Of a DNA stretch of 64,000 nucleotides, positions 12,890-25,201 are shown in pieces (within the stretch, counting starts at the first letter, position 1; each line of letters begins with the position of its first letter). Where the stretch lies: NCBI GenBank assembly GCA_030390025.1, contig CM059438.1, positions 76,942,001-77,006,000 of the forward strand, written 5' to 3'. The notes under the pieces are model-generated. The model had not been told where the DNA came from. It saw only the letters and a program-made list of their open reading frames with translations, and made no database searches. A program made the translations under genes and the position numbers. Origin of the DNA: Squalus acanthias. Taxonomy: Eukaryota.

Positions 12890-13130
12890 GAGTCTGTTCA
12901 GGGAATAGCTGGGCCTTAGGAAATAAGACCATCCCAGATTCAATCCCCAGTCTGTTGTTAGCTGATTTCAACTGGGTGGTGGTCAACAGTGCTTCATTTG
13001 GCCTCCTGTGGATTAGGGGTGGAGGGAGGGATTCAGACAGTTGTCTTGCTTCTGATCATTTATTCAGTGAGTCCTATTGGAAGTGGATGTATGTGGACAT
13101 CAGATGAGGGGCAGGATTGGGATCTATGAT
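12890..13130 (+). mobile_element. Old tRNA-headed SINE-like repeat (family unassigned)
   Basis: B-box-like AGATTCAATCCC followed by CAGTCTGT..TAGCTGAT. Similar to 42230-42330 and, inverted, to about 11560-11670. Confidence 0.45.
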
Positions 13131-13885
13131 CAATGTTTTATTTTGTGATGTTGGGTTCATACGAGTGTTGCACAACACTTAAATCCACCAATTATATTTA
13201 TGATCAATTTATTCAATTCTCAGTCTGGCAGTTGAGTATGCTGCCTTGTACAAGTGAGCTGTAAACCTTGGGAAAGAAAGAATAAACTACTTCCTTCCTG
13301 CACAACACAGCACCTGTTCACTGAACATAGAGCAGAATTGATACAGAATTTATGGAAAGTCTGCTGCTCTATCATCTGTCATACTATCCAAAGGATGCTG
13401 TTCAAAGGTGAGATTCCATAGGGAGCAGAATCTAGGTATATTTCAAAAATTAGATGATTTGGTCAGTTGTTAACGCAAGCCTGTTTATACTGAAAATGAT
13501 GGAGTAAGATTTTTTTTTAAGCAGCAAAGTTGCTTCTAAACAGCATGTTTTAACATTGAAGGAAGCAAAATGTTCAAGTCCTAGATTCCTTCAAAAATAT
13601 CTTAATTCAGATATGAATCTGAAAAATCATTTCTGCTGCATCCTGGTTGTTCCAACGGTAATGCTCAGCATTGGGTAACATCAACAAAATGCTGACAGCT
13701 TTCTGTTATTACTTTATTTGAATAGTTTAATGGAAGATAGCATTAAGTATGTGGTGAAGAACAATTTTAATTTTGTCAGTGTTCTGGCCAGGATTTTTGG
13801 TGCTAATATTTTTCTAGCACATTATAACAGTTCACAATATTTAAGTCTGAAAGAACTTGGTCACAGTATGACCATGGATAGTTAA

Positions 13886-14074
13886 CCCTCTGAGTACTGA
13901 GTGCCCTTTGCTACTTTCTAAACACTCTGACTCTAAAACTGTACAAAATTTTACATAACTGCTGACAAATTACCATTAGAAAGAAACCTTGAAGCATAGA
14001 ACATTTCTGAATAAAGAATTAATTTTGTTCTGTGTTTTTATTTGGTGCAGAAATGCTGGTATATTCCTAAAAGG
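13886..14074. mobile_element. piggyBac-like (TTAA-flanked) MITE, degenerate copy
   Basis: TTAA|CCCTCTGAGTAC ... AAAAGG|TTAA. Its left end and internal TTTGGTGCAGAAATGCT resemble the copy at 16463-16692. Confidence 0.5.
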
Positions 14075-14469
14075 TTAAACCTATCTATTGTTGAAAAGTT
14101 AACTTCCACAATAGAAGTTAGTTTGTTCCAATCATCCATTAAGTCTAAGTAGTAGAACAACAGCATAGGTTGCTATCCTCAGAATTATGTTAAGCCCTCT
14201 CTGCAGGATTTCTTTGTGGTTTCTTTATTAATGAGGGAGGAATGAACAATGCATGATATTTAGGAGAGGGCTCAAATTTTAATAATTGCCACTTTGTGCA
14301 CTGATGTGTAGTTTTTTGCATTTGGCATGTTACAATTATGGATTAGTTCATCTGAGGCATAGCACTGGTGCAGTAAACTAAGAGGGCCTTTGCCGAATTG
14401 GGGCAGCTCATCGAGCCAGTTCCTATGTTTGTGGTTACTGTGGCAGCACAGTCAGTTTAAGTCACCTGT

Positions 14470-15790
14470 AGTGCAGATCAGTCAGCATCTCTGGAGAAAG
14501 ATCAGTTCAGTTTTGGGTGAAACCCTTCATCGGACCCAAAACAAGGACAAGTATTTAAATAGAATCAGAACAGGGGAAGGGGGGCAAAAAAAGCAAACAC
14601 ATGAGAGAGAAAGTATGTGCTTAAAAGAAAAGCAGGAGATGGTTAGATGGATGATATGATCTTTATAACAGATGATGGCATGAAGCTTAATAAAAGAAAT
14701 TAAGACATAATGGGAATTAACTGAGACAGTGCGAGGTAAATCCGGTCTAAAATAGAAGCTAGTCAAACAAGGCAAGGTCTGACGACCTGAATAACAGTCC
14801 AATACCAAAGACGCAGACTCCTCTGCCAGCACTCTTTTGAGACCAAGGATCTCAACCCAAGCACCAACCTTCTTTCCCCCTAATGTTGTTTGATCTCCCC
14901 AGTGTAGAGGAGTCTGCATCTTGAGCAGTAAATACTAGATTAGAGGGAGTACCTGAATTAGAGGAAGTACTTCCTCCATTCCAGTATACTGTATTTGCTG
15001 CTTACAGTGCAGCGTCTTGCACACTGGGAAGACTGAACACAGATTAGGTAACCGCTTTGCCGAACATTTCCATTCTGGCTGCAAGTGTATCCCTGAGCTC
15101 CCTGTCGCCTGCCACTTGAATTCCCTGTCTCGCTCCCACTATGACCTTTTTGTCTTTGGCCTTCTGCACTGTTACATTGAAGCTCAGTTAATGCTCAAGT
15201 AACAGCATATCTTTTTCTTGGGCACTTTGCAACCCTCTGGACTTATCATTGATTTTAATAATTTCAGACGTTAACTATACCTGACACTGTTTATGGTGGG
15301 AGTAGCTGGCAATTTGGGATGAGTGTTGTTAGCATTGGGAGTGGGGAGGCAGATTGGCACTTGAATTGCATTTCTTCTTTGGGCTGTTGGATCCTGCTAT
15401 TTTGCCAGCTTTCCCCCTCTCGTCCTCTCCCCTCTTCTCTCAGCCCCTCCCTTCTCCTACCTCCCATTGCTTCAGCTATTCATACGTTCTTTGTCTCTGT
15501 TGTGCCGTTAATTCCTTTTATTGCGCTTCATCACATGTCTGTTGTAAGAATCATCTCGGCCATCTAAATGTCTCCTGGTCACTCCACCTATACTTCCTTT
15601 TTAGTTTTTTTTTTTGCTTTTGTTCTGATTCTATTTAAATAATTGTTCATTTTTTCAGTTTGAATGAAGGGTTGCACCCAAAACGGGTCTGTTCTCTCCA
15701 CAGATACTAACTAGCCTGCGGAGTGTTTCCAGCATTATCTGGGGTTTTTTTTGTTGATTTTCAGCATTTGCTGTTTTTTGCTTTTTATTT
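14470..15790 (+). mobile_element. Penelope-like retroelement remnant (GIY-YIG endonuclease fragment, 3' end, inverted terminal segment)
   Basis: 14984-15202 translates VYCICCLQCSVLHTGKTEHRLGNRFAEH..LPVACHLNS..GLLHC, a decayed Penelope GIY-YIG domain. Segments ~14470-14535 and ~15660-15720 are inverted copies of the terminal sequence. Confidence 0.75.
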
Positions 15791-16344
15791 TTGCTGCAGT
15801 GAAGACCTGCTTCTTTTATGGTGTTAGCCAGGTTACCACATTCTGATCTGTTTCTAATAAATTGTAATTAAATTAAAAAGGGCTTAAGTTATAATTCAAT
15901 ATGGACAGGACCATGCATAAATAGCAAAAAAAGGTATATAACAAAAAAATCAAATGGAAAGGTTGGGAAAGAAACTGGTTCCCCACTCCTCATTGCTGCA
16001 GAAAACAGCATTGCTGCCAGCGAGCTGCACTGCTCGTTTCCACTGAATTGACATGCATCTTTACTGCAGCATTGTGCTGTATTTGCAGCCATGATGAATA
16101 TTTTTGTTTTTCTCTATCACTTTGGTACTGTTGAGTTTGTTTATATCAGAAAAGGGAAGTTCTAGTGAGAGGCTAGTGTATGTGGTTTAAGATAAATGTA
16201 AGATACTTTCCGAAATTAGTGGCTGGTATTCTTCACAATAAGTGAAAGTCTTGCAACTTGGCCTTTTTTTAAAAAAAATTATATCTTACTGCACCTGAAC
16301 AGTGAACAGCCACTGTATATAGTCTGACTCCTTCTTTGTTTCAG

Positions 16345-16422
16345 GGGCCTATATATGTGGTGCCTGTGGGAAGAAGTACAAGTACTACAGCTGTTTCCGG
16401 GCACATGTGAGAGCACACCTAG
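16345..16422 (+). CDS. ZNF618: ZNF618 exon, C2H2 zinc finger 1
   Basis: TTTGTTTCAG acceptor, G|GTACAT donor. Encodes AYICGACGKKYKYYSCFRAHVRAHL. 78 nt, phase 1-1. Confidence 0.95.
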
Positions 16423-16462
16423 GTACATGTTTATTTTTTTTTTAATGCATTTATTGGTTTAA

Positions 16463-16692
16463 CCCTTTGAGTAGTGAAATTTTCCTTTACAACTTTCCGA
16501 ATGTGCACATACTTTGTCATCTAACACCTTCAAAACTGCGGCTTTCAAATCCTAAACGTTATAAACTAGAATTAGAAGAATCTATGGAACCTGACAGCAT
16601 TTCTTCATTTGCAGTGTTTGTTGAATAAAATTAAAATGTTGTAAACTTGTTACTCATTTTGGAGCAAAACTGCTCCTGTAGTACTCAAAGGG
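16463..16692. mobile_element. piggyBac-like MITE (230 bp)
   Basis: Perfect 11-bp TIR CCCTTTGAGTA / TACTCAAAGGG, flanked by TTAA at 16459-16462 and 16693-16696. Confidence 0.75.
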
Positions 16693-16935
16693 TTAACTGC
16701 AGTAATAGTGTAGTTTTGATATCCATCAGCCAGACTGCATCAAAATGGCATACTGCAATACTTTTATTGTTCTGTTGTAAAGCTACAGTATTTGAGTAAG
16801 TAGATGTTATTCAGCACGTGCATCATCTTCCAAATGTTGTTTGTGAATATAGTTTGGTGTAATAAATAATTGGGCATACTATTTTATGCTAAGACTGAAT
16901 TAAGAATATATTTTTTAAATTTCTCCTTTTCACAG

Positions 16936-16980
16936 AAAATGAAACTTCCTCTGCATCAGCTGAGAGCTCACCACAGGCAA
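16936..16980 (+). CDS. ZNF618: ZNF618 linker mini-exon (45 nt)
   Basis: TTCTCCTTTTCACAG acceptor, A|GTGAGT donor. Encodes (E)NETSSASAESSPQA and keeps the frame between fingers 1 and 2. Confidence 0.88.
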
Positions 16981-17394
16981 GTGAGTACTCCAAGTCTTCC
17001 TTTCTTAATAACTCTTGTATTGTCTCTACCATTTGAACATGGATGGCTGGCAAGCAGTAAGGGTCAGTGGAGAAAATGTAGTGTCAGCTACACTAGAGTT
17101 AAAGAGCAGCAAACCAAGGTGCTGGGTTTGAGGATGAAGAGCATCAGAAAAGATACCATTTAGAGGGGAAAAGTCAGGCTTTGAACTTCACTATTTATTT
17201 TAAAATAGGACCTGGATCAACGACCAGATATATTAACATAGGACAGATAAGATTTAAAAAGAGTATCAGGAAGAAGATAGAAGAGAGTACAAGGGATACG
17301 GCTAGATGCTGAGACAAAACCGAAGGCAATGTCTGTTGCACTAAATAACAGGACTCAAAGCAAGGAAAGGAAAGCCAGAATTCCCTCTAAAGAA

Positions 17395-18600
17395 ATATGT
17401 ACATAAAGTTACAACACAGACACGGGCCATTCGACCTAACCAGCCCATGTCCGCCTTTACCCTCCACATGAGTGAATAGTTCTCATCACATTTGCCCACC
17501 CTGTTCCCATATCCCTTCAACCCCTTTTCCTTCATCCACCTATCCAATCCAATCTTAAATATTGGCACAGTTTCTGATTCAACGACTGAACCTGGAAATG
17601 AAACCCACAACCTCACAAATCCGTGTAGTAAGTTTCTCCTCCTCTCTGTTCTAAATCTGTTACATTTAATTTTGTATCTATGGCCTCTCTAGAGCCCTCA
17701 ACTACTGGAAACAGTCTGCTTCTATCTACCCTGTCCTATCTACCTTTTTTAATTTTAAACACTCCATCCAGTGTTCTCTGTAAGCTGCGCAGCCTGTTTC
17801 TTTTAATGCGCGGTTCCTATAAATTTCTGCGCATGCGCAGTATTTATAATGTAAAAGCCAGTGAGCGGCCTGCGTGGGACCTTGCAGATGATTGTGCGGC
17901 TGCACGCGTGCACAGCTTTGCGGGAACATTGCTTCCACCATATTGCTTCAAAATCTACATTGTTCTAATAACACCACCCCCCCCCCCCCACAATTTTCAA
18001 AGTTTTTTTTTGTATTTGTATTTCCTCATAGCATGCAATATCCTGGTGAATCTGCATTGTACCCTCAATGTCTTCCTATAGTCTGGATCCCAGTACTGCA
18101 CACAGTACTCTTAACAGGTCTCATTAAGGCTTTTATATTCTGTACCTCTTGTGATAAAAGTCTAGAATTCTATTTATTAGCTTTTTTTTTTACAGCCTTA
18201 TAAACCTGAAGTGTTGTCTTTAGTGTCCTGTGAACCTGTATCCCCACAGCACCAAACCTGCCTCTATCTGCTGTTACTGTTTTTCCAAAATGTATCACCT
18301 CACACTTAAATGACATTGAATTCCATCTACAACCTTTTTGGCCCATTCCCCCATCTCATTATCATCCCTTTTCGAAAGAATTAACTATACCTCCTATTTT
18401 GGTATCATCTGCAAATTTTGACGCAACACCCTCCAGGCGTATATCCAAATTATTGATGTACACAGTGAACAGAAGTGGTTCCAGAACTGAATCCTGTGGA
18501 GCATCACTGCCCACTCTCAACCACTGTGGAAAAACTGCTTTGGACTCCTACTCTCTTTAGCCCCTTCTAACCAATTTTTAATCCAGTTTGCTATCCACAA
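17395..18600 (-). mobile_element. Old CR1 LINE 3' fragment interrupted by a MITE
   Basis: Minus-strand ORF 17341-17616 (VVESETVPIFKIGLDRWM..KGYG). TCATCTGCAAA (FADD, minus strand) lies near 18405-18415. Confidence 0.75.
17769..17931. mobile_element. hAT-like MITE (163 bp)
   Basis: Imperfect TIRs CAGTGTTCTCTGTAAGCTG / CAGCTTTGCGGGAACATTG. CpG-rich interior. The 8-bp flanks match only 5/8 (ACTCCATC vs CTTCCACC). Confidence 0.6.
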
Positions 18601-19620
18601 AAGTCACTTAAGGTAACTCAAGACTTCTTCGAAATGGAGGGCAAGTTTGGGTAAATACAGAGGGACATTAAACAAAGAAACAGGCTCTACACAAACATAA
18701 GAGTTTGCGTGGAACAAAAACTGCAAGCTGAAAATAACTTTTCCCCAGTCTGTTTTCTTAGCAGAAGTATGTTTAGCTGATTTGTCTTTACATAAAGCTT
18801 TCTGTTTTTCTTGGCAACTAGTCAATCTCCTGTGGATTTGCACACAGGGTGGTCAGAACCAAGTGCACTCTTCTGGTGACGTGGTTTTAGAGGGTAGGGA
18901 TATTTGGACCAAGTTGCACAGATGTAATTCTGACTCTCTTTTAAAATGAAACATTCTTTCCTTATTTTTATATATATTCCATTATAAATTCCTTTGTCGA
19001 CATTTATAATGGAAACTGCCTTTGTAATCTTGCCATACTGTTATTACACCCACCTATCAATGTTGGTACTGCTGCACCTCTACAGGGTGGAAGATATACT
19101 TCAGTGTGACAAGCTTGCATAGACTGTTTTTCATTATCAATGTTCACAAAGGAATTTATCATGCAAAACGTTGGCTGGAAGTGCGCCCAGACATTAGATT
19201 TTTAATATATCATATATATGTTTTATTTTTCCCCTTGTGAAACCTGAAAGATGTCAGTTCTGTTTACTTAACAGTGAGTGTGTCTGTAACATGTTCGATG
19301 AGCTTGATGGGTACAAATGATCTTTTGCTTAAAGAAATGGTCAGTGCCAAATTTGTATTGAGGTTTGGCTCTATTTGTGGGCAGGGTGACAGAAAATACA
19401 TTTTGTAGTTGCACAAGCTAACTTTGTGGCCTTGGAAATCTACAGGGGCATACCTTAATTTGTTCTCTTCATTCCGGGAATCACGTAAAGATTTTGCTCT
19501 GAGTTAGTTTAGATGGGGTGGGGGAGAGAAAGACACCTTGAATTCACAGAATAAGCTATTAATAAAATTGTTGCTCTGCTGCAGTTCTGTACGATGTGAT
19601 GCATTATTTATAATAAATAT

Positions 19621-20062
19621 CAGCTGCGGCTCAGTGGGTAGCACCCTCGCCTCTGAGTCAGAAGGTTGTGGGTTCAAGTCCCACTCCAGGAACTTGAGCA
19701 CAGAATCTAGGCTGACACTCCAGTGCAGTGCTGAGGGAGCGCTGCACTGTCGGAGGTGCCGTCTTTCAGATGAGACGTTAAACCGAGGCCCCGTCTGCTC
19801 TCAGGTGGACGTAAAAGATCCCATGGCACGATTTTGAAGAAGAGCAGGGGAGTTATCCCTGGTGTCCTGGCCAATATTTATCCCTCAACCAACATAACAA
19901 AAACAGATTATCTGGTCATTATCACCTTGCTGTACGCAAATTGGCTGCCGTGTATCCCACATTACAACAGTGACTCCACTTCAAATAGTACTTCATTAGC
20001 TATAAAGCGCTTTGAGACGTCTGGTGGTCATGAAAGGCGCTATATAAATGCAAGTCTTTTCT
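19621..20062 (+). mobile_element. Near-full-length DeuSINE (SacSINE1-like)
   Basis: tRNA-like head with A box (GGCTCAGTGGG) and B box (GGTTCAAGTCC). Deu-type core (GTCCTGGCCAATATTTATCCCTCAACC). L2-like tail AAAGGCGCTATATAAATGCAAGTC. Confidence 0.88.
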
Positions 20063-20131
20063 TTTTTAATGGCTCGTTGTTGCTACGTTCTTGTTTTTAT
20101 TGTCTCTTCCTGTAACTAAATGATAACTTCA

Positions 20132-20160
20132 GGGGAGTGGGGCGGGGGGGGGGGGGGGGG
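20132..20160 (+). repeat. Poly-G tract
   Basis: GGGGAGTGGGGC followed by 17 G (20144-20160). Confidence 0.9.
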
Positions 20161-22301
20161 CGGTTGGCGGTGATGTCTGTCTGGTTTTGAAATATGCAAT
20201 TTTCCAAGCTGACTGAAATTTACTGATCCTTCATGTCGTTCACAGAATATAATTAATACTATGAATTAATTTAAGTTGAATAATTCTGCATGGATGTTGA
20301 AATGCTGAACATTTGCAAATGTTTTGAAGATAGAGGTGATGTGACTTATGCTTTTGTGTATGCATTTAACTCTCGAGAGGAGGAGTGAGCGAAGGAAGAT
20401 ATCTTGATCTGATCTGGTGAATAAGCCAGGTCAGGATATCTTTGATCTATTCAATAATAGTTTCATTGGCATATTTTGCCAACAACGGACAGATGTTATT
20501 TTAGTTCTTTGCTTGCATCCTGAATTGTTCCAGACAGGGAAAATGCTTTATAGTAAAGTACTTCAGTCTCTCACTTTTCTTTTAAGAAGCCAAATATATG
20601 ACTTTCTAATGGGTCGCAGTGGAATACGCAAGTGTGTATAGTATAGGCACCATCAAAAAAAAACTTTTTGTGAGACAATGTAAAAAAAAACTATCCATTT
20701 TTATCCCGCATCACCCAGGATTAATGCAATATATATCAAACATTGAAGTTTGGAAGGTAATTCAACCAACTTTGGACGAGACCAAGCTACCTAGTTCTTG
20801 TTAAATAACTGGACTCATATGTCAGGGTAACATTATTGAGAAGCATATTTCTTTTATGATTTTTATGCTCATTGAAATCTGCAGTTCTATTTTTATAATC
20901 CTGCTGTCTGGTTCATCTTGTCTAGTTGTAGACTATTATTATTGTCAGTTCCTTAATCATTTATCGTGCAATTGGAAGGGTTGCCATCCAGACAGTGGAA
21001 ATCATGGCAATATTGCTCTTTTTAAGGTAGCCAGACAAGCTCCATGATCCCCTCTAGCCCACTCTTCTGCCATAGTTTTGGAATCTTACCTTTGTCCTCT
21101 TTCTCCCCACCCCCACCCAGCCCCCTCCCTAATTGCTGTTACAGCTCTGTAAATCACACCTGGAAACAAATCTTCAACTTGCTGTTGATCTTGTAGGGTT
21201 CATTATTTTGGTTGCTGTTGGTCTTCACTGAGTTTTTAAAAAATCTGCATCATAAAGGTTTTTCAAATTTCTTCACCGTTCCTGCACGCACTCTTGAAAT
21301 TGATGCGCAGTTTTTGAAGCTGTTTTTTTTTCCCTCGTTTAAGTTGCTCAATTGAGTTTTGTGTCAATTCGGCAGCATTACTTCAATTGAAATTGCAGTT
21401 CACCCTTCTTGATATCTGCACCAGTCGAAGTCAGCAGCCCGATTTTAGAAATGAATTTATTTTTGCCTCTGGGACCATTCTGACACTAAACAACGGTGTT
21501 GTTTGCATTGAATTCCCACATCATGTAACTTTTAGCCAGTCTATTCTAAGCTCTCCCAGAGGACTTGATATCAATGCCTGAAATGATGGAAAGTAGTAAT
21601 GTAAGAAAGGATGGTGTTGCTGAGTCTCCAGTGAGACTTCTAAGTCGAATTTACATTCAAAACACAAGAAATACGTGCACTTCAGTTCAGACAGAAAGTT
21701 GACTATAGGGTCATGTTAGTCAGTCTGGTTGTGAGTTGATTTTTCTGCTCGAATGGAAGATAAATCTTCTGGGCACTGCCGCACGCAAACCGGGAGCAAG
21801 GTATTTCACATTCACGTGTTTTTACCTACGCGCCTGTTTATGTCTCGCGCACTGATTCTGCAGGTTAACCAACAAAAAAGCACATTAACCTCCAGAAAAA
21901 AGGTAGGGACGGGAGCTGGGTTTTCTCCTCCAGTATACAATTTGACTGCCTGTATTGCCATAACTCTCTGGCTGGCTGTTTGCTATTAAGTACAGGCTGT
22001 TCCAGTTCAGACCAACTGAATAGAAAATTAAACAAGTTTTGAGGCTATGTGGAGTCTCTGTCTAATATTTCTTCTCACTTTCTGCCATGGTATACGTGTG
22101 CGTGAGTGTCGGTGTGCGTGAGTGTCAGTCAAATTCCTGTTGACTGTTCACAACCACGTCCCTTGGAAAACAACTTCTCTCTTGAAAACGCTGACCCACA
22201 GGCGCCAGCCATTCCTTCCTTCCCTCAGTATCTTGACCCAGTGACTATGATTTGTGTATGAGCCTGCACAGTGACTCTTAGCAGGTTAGTTGATCCTTCA
22301 G

Positions 22302-22560
22302 TAGGGTCGACAACCCTTCCGGATCGTCCAGAAATCTCCTGGAATGGAAGATGAGCTTCCCAGGCACTGTTACTAGCAACCCAGGAGAAAAGTGAAGATC
22401 ACGCTTTGCAACAAAAGTGTGTGCAAAGACACTGTTACAGGGGACCCAACCTTTATAAGGTAAATGTAATAACATTTTCAAATTGTGGCCAACTGTCATG
22501 TGATCAGTTGTCACATGATCAAACCTCCAGGACTATATCCGACCAGAGTTGACAACCCTA
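22302..22560. mobile_element. hAT-like (TAGGGTTG-ended) MITE
   Basis: Imperfect TIRs TAGGGTCGACAAC / GTTGACAACCCTA. No clear TSD. Confidence 0.55.
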
Positions 22561-22775
22561 CCCCTCCTGCACCACCTACAAAAATGCTGCAAATGTAGAC
22601 AAGGCGAGCACTGTGGGAAGAAAGAGACAAGTAGTGCACTAGCAGTTTCACAAAATTGAAACTACTTTGTGAAAGTCTAAGTACTTAATTCCCTAAGATT
22701 ATGGAAGTGCTTTTTGGTTTAGGAAATGGGAAGCAAGCCAAATTAATGACTTTTTTTTTCTCCCCTTGTTTCCAG

Positions 22776-22865
22776 AGAATTTTAGATATATGTGTGACAT
22801 TTGTGGCAAGAAATACAAATATTATAGCTGTTTCCAAGAACACCGGGATTTGCATGCAGTAGATG
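22776..22865 (+). CDS. ZNF618: ZNF618 exon, C2H2 zinc finger 2
   Basis: Strong polypyrimidine tract plus CCAG; G|GTATGT donor. Encodes (K)NFRYMCDICGKKYKYYSCFQEHRDLHAVD. 90 nt. Confidence 0.96.
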
Positions 22866-23509
22866 GTATGTATTTGCAAAGTAGTTGCTCAAGTTTGTTG
22901 ATGGATATGGGAAGATGCATATAGCTGTTAATTGGGGCTAAAATAAATGCCAACTTGAAATTTGTTGGAGAAAATTTCACAATACTAAAATCAATACATT
23001 TTACAAGTAATAAAAGCAGGAACAAGTTGAAAATACCTGAATTAAAAAGAACTCTCAGCTTTGTATCTTTGTCTGCGATAAAGAAGTGAGAACTTATATA
23101 AAACACAGAAACTAATGATTCTTAAATGTTCGAAAATCACATTATATTGCTTGTCAAGCCCTACTTATTCTTTTAAATTTACCATGGATAGTAAAGCATA
23201 ATGTGTGTGTGAAATTTTTGTACTTGTGTCCAGTACATGTAATTATAGATTTTGTCCTTTTAAAATTTAGATTTTGTACTTTTGAGCTATATAAAAGTAG
23301 GGTAGGAGTAACTGGGGGTGGCAAATAAATCTTATTGCACGACATTAAGGTGTACTTGTTTACATGCCATTTTTCATCTGGCATATTCATATCAATACAC
23401 AGAAGAAAAATCCAGGAACAATACTGTAAATCACAACTGGATTCTAAACAACTTTCCTTTCTAATCACTCATGAAGTACTTCTGATGGTGAGTTAGTGGG
23501 GTTAGCACA

Positions 23510-24050
23510 AACATAGGAACAGGAGTAGGCCATTTAGCCCCTTGAGCCTGTTCCGCCATTCAATGAGATCATGGCTGATCTGTGACCTAACTCCATATAC
23601 CCGCCTTTGCCCCATATCCCTTAATACTTTTGGTTAACAAAAATCTATCCGTCTCAGACTTAAATTAACAATTTACACAGCATCAATTGTTGTTTGCGGA
23701 AGAGAGTTCCAAACTTCTACCACCCTTTGCATGTAGAAGTGGTTCCTAACTTACTGCTGAAAGGCCTGGCTCTAATTTTTAGACTATGCCCCCTAGTCCT
23801 AGACTCCCCAACCAGCAGAAATAGTTTCTCTCTATCTACCTTATCAGTTCCCCTTAATACTTTGAAAACTTCAATCAAATCTTCCCATAACCTTCTAAAT
23901 TCCAGCGAATACAACCCTAGTTTATGTAATTTCTCCTTGTAATTTAACCTTTTGAGTCCAGGTATTATTCTGGTAAATCTACACTACTCCCTCCAAGGTC
24001 AATATATCCTTCCTAAGGTGTGGTGCCCAGAACTGCTCACAGTACTCCAA
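23510..24050 (-). mobile_element. 5'-truncated CR1 LINE
   Basis: 3' tail AACATAGGAACAGGAGTAGGCC. Minus-strand ORF 23717-23914 (YSLEFRRL..DLIEVFK..SRTRGHSLKI). Confidence 0.9.
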
Positions 24051-25120
24051 AGTCCTTTCACCTCTCTGATCTAAGGGATAACCGTATCTTCTTTCTTCTG
24101 ACTCTTAAGATAGTACTTGTAGAATAAGTTTAGGTCATTTTAATACATTTCCTAAAGTGCAGGGGCTCACAGGACAAAACTGTCTGCAAATTGGCAGCCT
24201 CACCCCAAAGTGAGGATGGTTGCCGTGGAAAATGTAAAACCTCACTGCTGCCGTAAGCAATAACCCTTCTGCGTTTGAGGCTGAGGCACATTGTTAGACA
24301 GAGTAAAGTGAACTTCATAGTGAATCTGACCATTCAGTACCTGACCTGGGTGTGCTTGATATCACTGAGTGATCAAATGGGGGGGGGGAAGAGAGAGAAT
24401 CAAGTTGCCTTTCACCTTATTCAGAAGATACATCATAATTGTAAAACTATTATTTAAACGGAAAATTAATGTAGTGGAAACAGAAGAGCACGTAAATATA
24501 GTTTACGGTTCATTTTGCTTAAAGCTATGTGAAGATTTGCAAGGATGATGTGTTTGGATGTGATTTTCACCCACTTCACTGTTGAATTCAGATTACCTGT
24601 TCTACTCTACCAAAAATTGTTTGTTTTAATCTTATTTACCAGTCAACAGTTTCACCTGGCCAAATGGCTACATATTTGATTTTAATAAAACTGAACTTGG
24701 AGTCAGTCGAATTAAAGTGACCCTGTACATCTTTCCCCGAAAGCTGCTAATTAAAATCTTGGCATTTACTTTGTAGGCATAGTAGGTATCAATCTGCAGT
24801 GCTGTGAACTATACACAGCTAAGAACCTTGATTTACTTGTAGACTGTAAGTGCTTATCTTATGCAGTGAAATTAGTTGTGACTATACTGGCATTCACTTT
24901 ATTTGGTTGCTTCTGTAGTGAATATTGCAGTGAGTTCAGGTTATATTACTGTTATGTGGTGCTGATACTGGAACGGCACACCCCACCAATGACCTCCAAA
25001 ACACACTTTGAACTGTAAGAGGAAACTAATCCTTGACGGTTTGGCAAGCTGTTGCATAAATTAATGCTGTTCCTTCGGTGTTGTGTTAAATAAACTAATT
25101 AACCTGTTTCTTAATTATAG

Positions 25121-25201
25121 ATCCTTATGATCATGCAGTTGAGACACCAGCAGAGGTGAAAACTGAACAGGTGGAAGAAACGGTCCGCAGCCCTGGATCA
25201 A
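25121..25201 (+). CDS. ZNF618: ZNF618 linker exon
   Basis: TTCTTAATTATAG acceptor, A|GTATGA donor. Encodes (D)PYDHAVETPAEVKTEQVEETVRSPGS, similar to ZNF618 DPFDQ..EVKEE. 81 nt. Confidence 0.9.

Noticed and set aside
19621-19690. tRNA gene
   Set aside because: The A/B boxes belong to a SINE head that continues into a Deu core and LINE-like tail.
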